From: Candidatus Dojkabacteria bacterium
Lineage (GTDB): Bacteria > Patescibacteriota > Dojkabacteria > B142 > JAFGFJ01
Direction: 5' to 3'
Length of the DNA stretch: 64,000 bases
Assembly: GCA_016931155.1 (NCBI GenBank)
Contig: JAFGFJ010000006.1
Coordinates: 141,115-205,114, forward strand
The notes below the pieces were generated by a model. The model searched no databases. It was not told the DNA's origin and saw nothing but the letters and a program-made list of their open reading frames with translations. Within the stretch, counting starts at the first letter, position 1. Each line of letters begins with the position of its first letter. Below, piece after piece: positions 28,636 through 37,783 of the stretch. Both the position numbers and the translations under genes were made by a program.

Positions 28636-29499
28636 TTATGATGCTAAAATCCCGTAGATTCTATCCAGTTCCTTGTCGTTCTTGAAGGGGATTATAATTT
28701 TTCCGCCTCGTTTTGACCTCGAAACAGAAATTTTGGAGTTAAACTTCTTACTAAGGAACAACTCGATTGAACCTACGAGTGTGTCGGTTGTCGGTTCATC
28801 GACTGCTTCAGCGGGTGATTTATCCTTTGATTTTGAAAGGAGTCTCCTTACAAGCTCTTCAGTTGCTCTTACACTTATCTGATTTTTTACGACAAGAGCG
28901 TAGGTTGCAATCATAGCCTGCGGTTCATGGAGTCCAAGAAGTGCCCTTGCATGTCCTTCGCTTATTGTTCCTTCCAGAAGTCCCTTTTTAAGTTCATCGG
29001 GAAGTGTAAGTAGTCTGATTTTATTTGCAATTGCTGGTCTTGAGTATCCAACCTTGTTTGAGATTTCCTCATGACCCATATTGAAGTGCTTTACCATTTG
29101 ATCAAAGGCAAGTGCTTCTTCAAGAGGATTCAGATCCTGCCGCTGAATATTTTCAACGACTGCAAGTTCGAGCATCTGCTGAGGAGAAGCTTCAAGAACA
29201 ACAACAGCTACGGTTTCTGCTCCGGCAAGTTTTGCAGCTCTTAATCTTCTCTCTCCAGCAATAAGCTGAAACTGTGAGGGTGATATTCTTTTTACAATAA
29301 GGGGCTCGATTATTCCGTGCTCTCTAATAGAATCGGTGAGTTCAACAAGGGTTTCAGGCTTTATTTCTATTCTTGGCTGATAGGGGTTTGGCTCAATGTT
29401 GTCTATCGGAAGATTTGGTATATATGCTTGATCGGAGGAATCAAGAGAACCTTCTGAAATCAGTGCAGAGAGACCTTTCCCAAGTCCTATTTTGTTCAT
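28636..29499 (-). CDS. parB: chromosome partitioning protein ParB (Spo0J)
   Basis: 287 aa with GLGKGLSALI, IEPNPYQPR, GERRLRAAKLAG and an HTH region. Confidence 0.85.
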   Translation of the reverse strand: MNKIGLGKGLSALISEGSLDSSDQAYIPNLPIDNIEPNPYQPRIEIKPETLVELTDSIREHGIIEPLIVKRISPSQFQLIAGERRLRAAKLAGAETVAVVVLEASPQQMLELAVVENIQRQDLNPLEEALAFDQMVKHFNMGHEEISNKVGYSRPAIANKIRLLTLPDELKKGLLEGTISEGHARALLGLHEPQAMIATYALVVKNQISVRATEELVRRLLSKSKDKSPAEAVDEPTTDTLVGSIELFLSKKFNSKISVSRSKRGGKIIIPFKNDKELDRIYGILAS

Positions 29500-29501
29500 A
29501 A

Positions 29502-30071
29502 TTATTTCTCTTGGGCTAAAATACTAAATGATCCATCGCTGTCTTTTGCAAATTCTAAAACTCTAAATGTTCTCGATAACTTATTTTTAATATCTTTTTC
29601 TTCCAGGATAAGATGGTCAGACATTTTATTTTTTTCAGTGTCTTTTGAAGGGACAACAAGCCAGAAAAGTCCGCCGTCTTTTAAAATTCTGTTTATCTCC
29701 CTCAAAATATCATCAAACTGCTTATCACTAGAGTACTCTAATGTGTGTACTGCAACAACTGCGTCAAATGAAGAATCAGCAATTCCTGCAATATGTTCAT
29801 GGATATCTGCTATTAGAAGTTCTGCATGTAGATTTTTACTTTGAAGCCAATCTCTTGTGAGCTGGATAGCAGCAGGGGAGAAGTCAACTCCAAGTACTGA
29901 GAAACCCTTTTCAGCAAAGGAGATTGTGTGTCTTCCGGTTCCACATCCCATATCAAAAATACTATGGACATCATAGGTTTTGAATCGATTCGCTATCCTT
30001 TCAAAGTACTCGTGTTCCTTCAAGTAGAAGCGTCCGTGTTTTCGATAGAAGTCAGACCATTTTTTGCTCAT
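29502..30071 (-). CDS. class I SAM-dependent methyltransferase
   Basis: 189 aa. FDMGCGTGRHTISFAEKGFSVLGVDFS (motif I) and LKDGGLFWLV (motif III). Its stop lies 2 nt upstream of the parB start. Confidence 0.75.
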   Translation of the reverse strand: MSKKWSDFYRKHGRFYLKEHEYFERIANRFKTYDVHSIFDMGCGTGRHTISFAEKGFSVLGVDFSPAAIQLTRDWLQSKNLHAELLIADIHEHIAGIADSSFDAVVAVHTLEYSSDKQFDDILREINRILKDGGLFWLVVPSKDTEKNKMSDHLILEEKDIKNKLSRTFRVLEFAKDSDGSFSILAQEK

Positions 30072-30167
30072 ACGAAGTAGAGTTGAGATAATGTTATTAT
30101 AAATAGAAGGTGCCGGACTTGCAAACAGATAGTTGGTAAATTGGTGTGAATAGGATTTGTATAGAGA

Positions 30168-30956
30168 CTAGCCTATTTCTCCTGACAGTATTTCTTTAGC
30201 AAGTTTTTCATATGATTTTGCCCCTTCGGAAGACCTGTCATAAAGAGTAATTGGTTTCCCATGAGAGGGGGATTCGGATAGACGGACATTTCTTGGGATA
30301 ATTGTCTTGAATACTTTATCTTTGAAAAATCTGTTGACTTCCTCAACTATCTCCTTTGAAAGTCTTGTTCTTGAATCAAACATCGTGAGTACTACCCCTT
30401 TTAGTTCAAGGGTGGAATTTAAATTCTTTTTAACTATGTTAAATGTATTTATGAGTTGTCCAAGCCCTTCCAGGGCAAAGTATTCGCACTGAACTGGAAT
30501 TATCAGTTGTTCTGCAGCGACAAGTGCATTGATTGTTAAAAGACCGAGGGAAGGTGGGCAATCAATCAGAATATAATCAAATTGATCATTAACTGTAGCG
30601 ATTTTTCTTTTCAGGATTGTTTCTCTGCTCATCATACTAACCAGTTCAATTTCTGCTCCTGCAAGTTCGATACCAGAGGGAACTAAATAGAGGTTTTCAA
30701 TCTGAGTTGATACAAAAACGTTGGAAAGTTCCTTGTCTCCAATTAACACTTCATATACAGTTTTATTCTTAGTTTTTTCAGGGATAGACTTTTCATCTCC
30801 ATGAACGGAATAGCCTGTGCCGGAAGTAAGATTCGCTTGTGGATCAAGGTCGATTAGAAGGACTTTCTTTCCCATTTCTGCAAGGTAGCTTCCCAGATTA
30901 AGTACAGTAGTTGTTTTTCCGACCCCTCCTTTTTGATTTGAAAAAACTATTATCAT
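30168..30956 (-). CDS. parA: chromosome partitioning ATPase ParA/Soj
   Basis: 262 aa with the deviant Walker A NQKGGVGKTTT. Confidence 0.9.
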   Translation of the reverse strand: MIIVFSNQKGGVGKTTTVLNLGSYLAEMGKKVLLIDLDPQANLTSGTGYSVHGDEKSIPEKTKNKTVYEVLIGDKELSNVFVSTQIENLYLVPSGIELAGAEIELVSMMSRETILKRKIATVNDQFDYILIDCPPSLGLLTINALVAAEQLIIPVQCEYFALEGLGQLINTFNIVKKNLNSTLELKGVVLTMFDSRTRLSKEIVEEVNRFFKDKVFKTIIPRNVRLSESPSHGKPITLYDRSSEGAKSYEKLAKEILSGEIG

Positions 30957-30968
30957 TTAAGGCATGTG

Positions 30969-31619
30969 CTATTCTGATGGATTTCTGTCTACTTCCTGAT
31001 ACTTTCCGGTTTCGATTATTCCGAATCTATTCAAAGGCCAGTATCTTAAAAAAACTTTTCCTTTAATGTATTTTCTCGCCACGAAACCTACATCTGAAAA
31101 CCTTGAGTCCTTGCTATTATCTCTATTATCGCCCATTACAAAATATGAATCTTCCGGGACTCTTTTTGTTTCTCCTTCTGCCAGAAAAGAAGCTCCTTTT
31201 GTCGGTTCATTAATATATTCTTCGATAATTATTTTCCCGTTCACGACTGGCTTACCTTCCTCTATTGAGATTGTGTCTCCAGGTTTTGCAATTACTCTTT
31301 TGATGAAATCAGATTTTCCAGGTTCTTTAAATATAATGACATCACCTCTCTTGTAATTGTACTCAAGATTTTCCCCTATTGCTGTATCACCAAGGTACTG
31401 AATAATCTTATTTGTTAAGAGCAATTCGTTGTTGTAAAAATTTGGTTCCATTGACTGACCATCAACTTGATTTGGTATAGCGATGAAAAGATAGATAACA
31501 ACTACAATTGCGAGAGCAATTACAATTGTTTGAATAAAATCAACTACGACACCGGCACTACCAGTTGTGATAGTTGGAGCGTGGAGAAAAGGATTTTCCT
31601 GTTGTTTCTGCTTGTTCAT
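30969..31619 (-). CDS. lepB: signal peptidase I
   Basis: 216 aa. N-terminal TM, GQSMEPNF (Ser box), GDNRDNSKDSR (box E). Confidence 0.85.
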   Translation of the reverse strand: MNKQKQQENPFLHAPTITTGSAGVVVDFIQTIVIALAIVVVIYLFIAIPNQVDGQSMEPNFYNNELLLTNKIIQYLGDTAIGENLEYNYKRGDVIIFKEPGKSDFIKRVIAKPGDTISIEEGKPVVNGKIIIEEYINEPTKGASFLAEGETKRVPEDSYFVMGDNRDNSKDSRFSDVGFVARKYIKGKVFLRYWPLNRFGIIETGKYQEVDRNPSE

Positions 31620-31646
31620 TACAATCTTTAATATAAACTAAAATTT

Positions 31647-34600
31647 TTACTTTATCTCGAAGGTTAGTTTTTCCCCGTTCAGATTTATCTCATTTTTTTG
31701 TGGTGTATCTGATTCTATTATCTCATCAGCTGAGATGCCTTGTTTCAGCTCTTCATTGAGTGCTGCAAAAAACTCTTTAATCATTATACTTTCAGTATAA
31801 ATCTGGAGTTTGATTTTGTCCCCAATTTTCAACCCCTGTTTTTTTCTGGCTGCCTGAACAGTCCTTATGATTTCTCTAAGTGTTCCTTCCCGCCTGAGTT
31901 CTTCGGTAAGGGTGGTGTTTAGTGACACAGCGAGGTGTCCATTCATTGCTGCTTCTGTTATCCACCCTTTCTCTGCTGGTGACTCCTGTATTTCCTTTAC
32001 TTCCTTTACGTTAAGTTCTTCTTTAATAAGCTCTTTCATCCAGTCTTTTAAGTCCTGATCCTTTGTGTTACTTTTCACATAAGCAGCTGCAAGAGGCTGG
32101 CGGACTTTTGTGCCTGAGTTTATCCTTGCAGCCTGTCCCAAATTCACTATATCACGTACAATTTTCATCTCCGTTAGAAGCGGAGCATTCTTCTCCAGAA
32201 ATTCTATATCATCTTGAGGGTATGATGTCAGGTGTATTGATTCTTCAACTTCTATTAATTGGCTTTTTACCAGATTCTCATACATAGCCTCAGTAATGAA
32301 GGGTGCGAAAGGTGCAAGAAGTTTGATAAATTCAATAAGAACAAAGTAAAGAGTTTCAAAGGCCTTTATTTCTCCTTCTGCAAATCTGTCTCTGGATCTT
32401 CTTATGTACCATTTAGAGATATCTTCAAGAAGAGGAGAGAATTCTCTCGCAGCTGAGGGAATCTGGTATTCCTGCATGGCATTAGTTACTGCTTTTATTG
32501 TCTCCTGAAGTCTTGCTACAATCCATGTGTCGAGCTGATTATCGAGTTTCAGGGGTACTTTATAATTACAGAGACTCTCCTTGTCTTTCTGACTTGAAAA
32601 TGCGTTTGTTACCAGACTATTATTTGGGCTCCATTTGTGAATTTCGGCGTACGTTATGAGAAAAGAGTAACTATTCCACAGCATTAGAATAAAATTCTTT
32701 ATCTGATCTGCAATTTCTTCTTCATTTATATTCACATCATCTCCAACCATAACTTTACTCCCCATAAGATAAAGTCTTAAAGCATCTCCACCATATTTTT
32801 TAATTGTTTCTTTAGGATCCGGATAATTGCCATAATTTTTACTCATTTTTCTTCCATCATTCCCGAAAATTACACCTGTAGTGACAACATTCTTGAAGCT
32901 ATTTGTATCAAACATTGCTGTTGAAACAACGTGCATAACATAAAACCACGCTCTTGTTTGTGCGATATATTCAACTATGAAGTCAGCGGGGAAGTTCTTC
33001 TCAAAACTCTCCTTGTTTTCGAAGGGATAGTGAATCTGGGCATAAGGCATAGATGCACTATCCAACCACACATCAAGAACCTCTTTTATCCTGTGCATAT
33101 CCTTGCCGCATTTTTCGCATTTTACTACTATCTCGTCAATTTTTGGTCTGTGGAAATCAACTATGGTCTGGCCGGAAGCCTCTTCTATTTCTTTCTTTGA
33201 CCCAAAGACCATTGTATGACTGCATTCCGATCCGTTCTCGTGTCTCCATACAGGCATTGGCGTTGCCCAGTATCTTGTTCTTGATATGCACCAGTCAGGA
33301 GCGGAATCAATTCCTACCTTAAATCTGCCAGTCTTTAGATGATCTGGAACCCAATTTATCTTTTCGTTATTTTTCAGAAGACTTTGTTTCATATCCTGGA
33401 TGTTGATGAACCAGGAATCCTGTGCCCGGTGAATAAGGGGAGTCTGGCATCTCCAGCAGTAGGGATATCTATGTACTATTTTTTCATTATTGAACAACAA
33501 CTTCCTACTCTGCAGCTCCTCAACAATGTTTTTGTCTGCTTCTTTTACATAAATTCCTGCCCAGGGCTTAACCTCAGAGACGAACTTACCTGCATCATCC
33601 ACTCCGGTCATTATTGTAAGACCGGTTTCTCTTCCCATCTCTGTATCGATTTCTCCAAAGCCGGGGGCAGAGTGAACAATTCCTGTTCCTTCTTCCATGT
33701 GTACCATTCCTTTGAAAGAATATACTTTCCAGTCTTTGGAGTTGGGGGGAAAAAACTTGTACGGAGGTTCGTATTCGAGTCCGGTAAGCTCTTTGCCTTT
33801 AAAAGTATCAAGTATTTTATACTTTTCTTCTCCAGTAAATTTTTCACTAAAAACATATTCAAGTCTCTTTTTCGCAATAATTACTTTTTCTCCTTTAAAT
33901 CCGGCTATTACATAATCCTCTTCTTCATCAACAACTAATGCTCTGTTTGAAGGCAGTGTCCAGGGAGTAGTGGTCCAGGCGAGTATATATGTGTCTTTGA
34001 ATTTGCTCCCGTTTTTTACTTTAAATTTGACTGTCACTGCCGGATCTTCCATGTCAGTGTAGGAGTTGTCCATTGCAATTTCAAAGTTTGAAACAGGCGT
34101 TCCGCATCTCGTACAGTAAAGGGAAGTCCTTACTCCCTCGTATATAAATCCTTTATCGTAAAGTTGCTTGAAGACCCAGATTACAGACTCCATATAATTT
34201 TGATCGATTGTTTTGTATGCATTTTTGAAGTCAACCCAGCGTCCAATGTGATCGACGTACCATTCCCATTCTGCGGAAGTCTCCTCGGTGTATTTGTAGC
34301 ATTCGTCAATAAATTTCTGGATTCCGTAGCTTTCAATATCTCGACGGTTTTTAAGTTCCAGTTTTTTTTCCACTTTGTTTTCTATTGGTAGTCCGTGAGC
34401 GTCCCATCCCCAAACTCTCTCAACTCTTTTTCCTTGCATAGTCTGATACCTCGGAACAACGTCCTTTGCGATACTTGGGAGAAGAGAGCCGTAATGAGGG
34501 GTTCCAGTGATAAATGGAGGTCCATCGTAAAAAACATACTTGTTTTCCTCCGGTCTGCTTTCGACCGATTTTTCAAAGATTTTTCTGTCCTTCCAGAATT

Positions 34601-34658
34601 TCAGGATTTGTTCCTCCTGCTCTGCGAAATTTTGTCTTGGGTTTATTTTCTTAAACAT
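31647..34658 (-). CDS. ileS: isoleucyl-tRNA synthetase (type 2, eukaryote/archaea-like)
   Basis: 1003 aa. GPPFITGTPHYGSL (HIGH-region variant), KMSKNYGN (KMSKS), and type-2 architecture without the C-terminal zinc finger. Confidence 0.95.
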   Translation of the reverse strand: MFKKINPRQNFAEQEEQILKFWKDRKIFEKSVESRPEENKYVFYDGPPFITGTPHYGSLLPSIAKDVVPRYQTMQGKRVERVWGWDAHGLPIENKVEKKLELKNRRDIESYGIQKFIDECYKYTEETSAEWEWYVDHIGRWVDFKNAYKTIDQNYMESVIWVFKQLYDKGFIYEGVRTSLYCTRCGTPVSNFEIAMDNSYTDMEDPAVTVKFKVKNGSKFKDTYILAWTTTPWTLPSNRALVVDEEEDYVIAGFKGEKVIIAKKRLEYVFSEKFTGEEKYKILDTFKGKELTGLEYEPPYKFFPPNSKDWKVYSFKGMVHMEEGTGIVHSAPGFGEIDTEMGRETGLTIMTGVDDAGKFVSEVKPWAGIYVKEADKNIVEELQSRKLLFNNEKIVHRYPYCWRCQTPLIHRAQDSWFINIQDMKQSLLKNNEKINWVPDHLKTGRFKVGIDSAPDWCISRTRYWATPMPVWRHENGSECSHTMVFGSKKEIEEASGQTIVDFHRPKIDEIVVKCEKCGKDMHRIKEVLDVWLDSASMPYAQIHYPFENKESFEKNFPADFIVEYIAQTRAWFYVMHVVSTAMFDTNSFKNVVTTGVIFGNDGRKMSKNYGNYPDPKETIKKYGGDALRLYLMGSKVMVGDDVNINEEEIADQIKNFILMLWNSYSFLITYAEIHKWSPNNSLVTNAFSSQKDKESLCNYKVPLKLDNQLDTWIVARLQETIKAVTNAMQEYQIPSAAREFSPLLEDISKWYIRRSRDRFAEGEIKAFETLYFVLIEFIKLLAPFAPFITEAMYENLVKSQLIEVEESIHLTSYPQDDIEFLEKNAPLLTEMKIVRDIVNLGQAARINSGTKVRQPLAAAYVKSNTKDQDLKDWMKELIKEELNVKEVKEIQESPAEKGWITEAAMNGHLAVSLNTTLTEELRREGTLREIIRTVQAARKKQGLKIGDKIKLQIYTESIMIKEFFAALNEELKQGISADEIIESDTPQKNEINLNGEKLTFEIK

Positions 34659-34733
34659 TGTGAGTATTTGACTGTCAAGCTATCTCAGCAAAAAGATACT
34701 ACCACCTTTACTTCTGATTGGAAAGTTTTGGCA

Positions 34734-34955
34734 TTATTCCTCAGTCTCACTATCTTTTTTAGCTACTTCTCCTTCTATTACCTGTCCGTCTTTTTTTTCT
34801 TTTCCCAAAAGCTTGTCTCTTACGAGCTCAATAATTGCAGCAGTAAGAATAGCGATCAGGTCATCGAATAAAAGACCTGGAAGAAGATCAAGAGGCCATA
34901 TAAGGTATGCTATTGCGAGGATAAGAATAAAATGTTTTTTTATAAAATTTTTCAT
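34734..34955 (-). CDS. DUF1232 (YkvA-like) small membrane protein
   Basis: 73 aa. ILAIAYLIWPLDLLPGLLFDDLIAIL fits the DUF1232 pattern. Confidence 0.45.
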   Translation of the reverse strand: MKNFIKKHFILILAIAYLIWPLDLLPGLLFDDLIAILTAAIIELVRDKLLGKEKKDGQVIEGEVAKKDSETEE

Positions 34956-35039
34956 AAAAGTATTGACTATTTTTTTCTAATTTGATTATTTAAATTGTAA
35001 GATAAATTACTTAATTTTATTCTACAGGATTTTTCTCAC

Positions 35040-35390
35040 ATGAGCGACGATAATAAAAATAATACACAAGTTGAAGACTTGGAAGAGCAGGATATTATAC
35101 CTGACGAAAATGATTTGGAAGAGATAGAGGATGAGTCAGGAGATCTGGAAAATGATGATCTGGATTTAGATGAAAATGAAGTTTCTGCAAGTGATCACTT
35201 TTATTCAGATGATGTTGCGGCTGCAGCAATAGCAGATGTAAACCTTGATCCAGACAAACTTATTCCTCACGACGAAGATCCGGTTACTTCGGGAGAGATG
35301 GAAATTGGAGATTTGGATATTGATGAAGATGATACTGATCTTTCAGGAAGCGATGATGAGGAAAACGATGCGACATTTGATATAGATTAA
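35040..35390 (+). CDS. highly acidic (Asp/Glu-rich) hypothetical protein
   Basis: 116 aa, about 45% D/E, with no hydrophobic core and a poor RBS. Existence uncertain. Confidence 0.35.
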   Translation: MSDDNKNNTQVEDLEEQDIIPDENDLEEIEDESGDLENDDLDLDENEVSASDHFYSDDVAAAAIADVNLDPDKLIPHDEDPVTSGEMEIGDLDIDEDDTDLSGSDDEENDATFDID

Positions 35391-35893
35391 CATTTTGATT
35401 GACTATCAATACTACGCAAGCTTCAGTGTACTGATCAGCAGGGCAGGGTTCTGTTTATCCATAAACCCAACATTTCTGCTGTTGCAGAAATAATTGTATT
35501 TAGATAAAAAATGAGACAGTTGCGCTAATCTTTTTTGAGAAAGAACTGGGACACTAGGATGCTGTTAGGCTTTCATTTGTGTGTCCTGTGTACTATACCC
35601 CAGAGACTTTCTCGTTTAGCATTTTGCAACCATCTCACTTATAATAACGGAAGTAATTTATTTTTTTCACACCTCTATTGTCTTGTTATATAGGCATAGG
35701 GAGTGAAGATGAAACGATAGAAAACGCATTGATGTTGTAGCTAAAAGGGTCGAATGGTTATGTAAAACAGGCGATATACAATGGGTTTTCAGTAGTTGTG
35801 GTCTATTTACAATTTAATTAAATCATTTCAAAAGCTGGGACTCAGAATTAGTGGTATTGTTTTTACAGGTTCTATTTTTTAACTTACAAAAAA

Positions 35894-36715
35894 ATGGTTG
35901 CAAATTATAGGGCAGTAGTTGAGTCAAATGAAAAAATAAATGCGAAGATATATAAGACCGTTTTTAGACTGATTGAACCAGTTTTAATGGAATTTAAGGC
36001 TGGACAGTTTATTAATATTTTGGTTGCTCCGAACACTAGAAGAAGCTATTCAATAGGTTCAAGTCCTGCACAAAACACAAAGCTGGATATCTATACCGAT
36101 GTGACCCCGGGGGGTCCAGGATCAAAATTTTTTGAGGCGGCAAAAGCTGGAGATGAAGCAAGCTTTATTGGTCCTCTTGGGCTATTTGTGTATGAGGATA
36201 ATGAAAATAGCAAAGCTATATTCATCGCAACAGGCACTGGGCTGGCTCCATTTTATTCAATGATTTGCTATGCTCTTGAGACCCTGAAATCCAAAAGAGA
36301 GATAAAGCTTTACTTGGGCTTTCGCTATGAGGAGGACTGCTTTCTATTGGATGAGTTGGAAATGCTTGAGGAAAAGTACTCCAATTTCAGTTTTTGTCTC
36401 ACGCTTTCAAAGCCTTCCGATTCGTGGAGGGGGAATTCAGGTTATGTAACAAAGTATCTGGAGCAGGATTTAAAGGAGGACTTAGGGGAGGATTTAAAGA
36501 GTGGCTTGAAACAAAATTTGAAGGATGAGTTGGATCAGGACTTGAGGCAAAATTTGAAGAAGGAATTAAACCAGCAAATAAAACAGGACTCAAAAAAGAA
36601 AGAACTTCTAGATGCTTATATCTGCGGAGGGCAGGCAATGATTACTTCTGTGAACGAATTTTTAATAAATAAAGGAATAAGTCCGGATAATATATATTCT
36701 GAAAAGTTTTTTTAA
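35894..36715 (+). CDS. FNR-like FAD/NAD(P)-binding oxidoreductase with low-complexity insertion
   Basis: RRSYS (RxYS), GGPGS, GTGLAPF and ICGGQAM are ferredoxin-reductase-family motifs. About 50 aa of LKxxLxx heptads interrupt the NAD domain. Confidence 0.7.
   Translation: MVANYRAVVESNEKINAKIYKTVFRLIEPVLMEFKAGQFINILVAPNTRRSYSIGSSPAQNTKLDIYTDVTPGGPGSKFFEAAKAGDEASFIGPLGLFVYEDNENSKAIFIATGTGLAPFYSMICYALETLKSKREIKLYLGFRYEEDCFLLDELEMLEEKYSNFSFCLTLSKPSDSWRGNSGYVTKYLEQDLKEDLGEDLKSGLKQNLKDELDQDLRQNLKKELNQQIKQDSKKKELLDAYICGGQAMITSVNEFLINKGISPDNIYSEKFF
36458..36607 (+). repeat. degenerate 21-nt (7-aa) tandem repeats inside the FNR-like gene
   Basis: LEQDLKE DLGEDLK SGLKQNL KDELDQD LRQNLKK ELNQQIK. At DNA level gatttaaag and caaaatttg recur. 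The track also shows an antisense proline-rich ORF at 36399-36638. Confidence 0.5.
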
Positions 36716-37632
36716 TGGGTAAAGTTTTAAAAGTTTTTCATAAGAGAAATTTTGCTTATCTCTTCTTCCTTATCCTTTTTTTTCTTGGTGTGTATGGGAT
36801 GTATATTATTGCTCTGGCTTTTGCAGGAAAGATCGAAATTCCAAAGGGAATTATGCTTGGCAGGGTTCAGTTCAGGTTCTATGGAATGATCATAGTTTTA
36901 TCCGTACTGATCTCAGCAGTTATATTTGAAAGGCTCGCAGGAAAACTTGCTAAAACGGATCAAAAATTCCGGAAAGAAACCAGAAAGTTTGATATTTATG
37001 AAGCTCTCATATGGATAATTATTCCAGGTGTTTTGTTGGGGAGAATTTTTTACTTTGTGCAAAATGCATCGATGTCTGGTGTATTCCCAGAGATTTATAA
37101 AGTTTGGGATGGAGGATTATCAATTTTTGGCGGGGTACTTGGTGGTGTTCTTGGTATAATTATTTACCTGAAAAGATCAAAAATTAATACTTTTCCTACC
37201 CTCGATCATGTATTTATAGCGATCCCGCTTGGACATGCTGTCGGGAGATGGGCAAACTTTATAAACCAGGAGATATATGGTCTTCCCACAAATCTTCCCT
37301 GGAAAATGTATATATCACCGGAAAATAAAGTCGGAATTGCACCTGAGTTTGTTGGGGAGAAATTCTATCATCCTTTATTTTTGTATGAGTTTATTCTGAA
37401 TCTTGTTCTTTTTGGGGTTTTGTATTTTCTTTTTAAAGCAAAAAATAAGAGATTTGACGGATTTTTCATCTCGGTTTATTTGGTCGGATATGGACTCATT
37501 AGATTTTTTATTGAATTTTTAAGGTTAGATCCTAAAGTATTTTTGGGGCTTTCTGTGGCACAATATATTTCAGTTGTTATGGTTGTTTCTGGTACAGTGG
37601 TTTTAGTGTTAAAGCTAAGAAAGGGGAAATAG
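36715..37632 (+). CDS. lgt: prolipoprotein diacylglyceryl transferase
   Basis: 305 aa. WDGGLSIFGGVLGGVLG and HAVGRWANFINQEIYG are Lgt signatures. TAATG overlap with the upstream gene. Confidence 0.85.
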   Translation: MGKVLKVFHKRNFAYLFFLILFFLGVYGMYIIALAFAGKIEIPKGIMLGRVQFRFYGMIIVLSVLISAVIFERLAGKLAKTDQKFRKETRKFDIYEALIWIIIPGVLLGRIFYFVQNASMSGVFPEIYKVWDGGLSIFGGVLGGVLGIIIYLKRSKINTFPTLDHVFIAIPLGHAVGRWANFINQEIYGLPTNLPWKMYISPENKVGIAPEFVGEKFYHPLFLYEFILNLVLFGVLYFLFKAKNKRFDGFFISVYLVGYGLIRFFIEFLRLDPKVFLGLSVAQYISVVMVVSGTVVLVLKLRKGK

Positions 37633-37783
37633 TAAATTTTAAATATCTAACATGAGAACACTGTGGAAAAATGAACTGGGTTCTGAAGGAATAGAGACGA
37701 ACAAAATTCAAATGCACCAGGGCTGGATAAAGAGGACTTGGAGAACAACCCCCAAAAGAATTAAGGGATAATGAGGAATAGCA

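Noticed and set aside
35391-35893. tRNA, tmRNA or RNase P RNA in the long ORF-free stretch, and a general tRNA scan of all intergenic regions
   Set aside because: No GGTTCGAATCC-type T-loop, CCA-terminal acceptor pairing, or RNase P P4 (AGTCCGG) signatures were found by eye.
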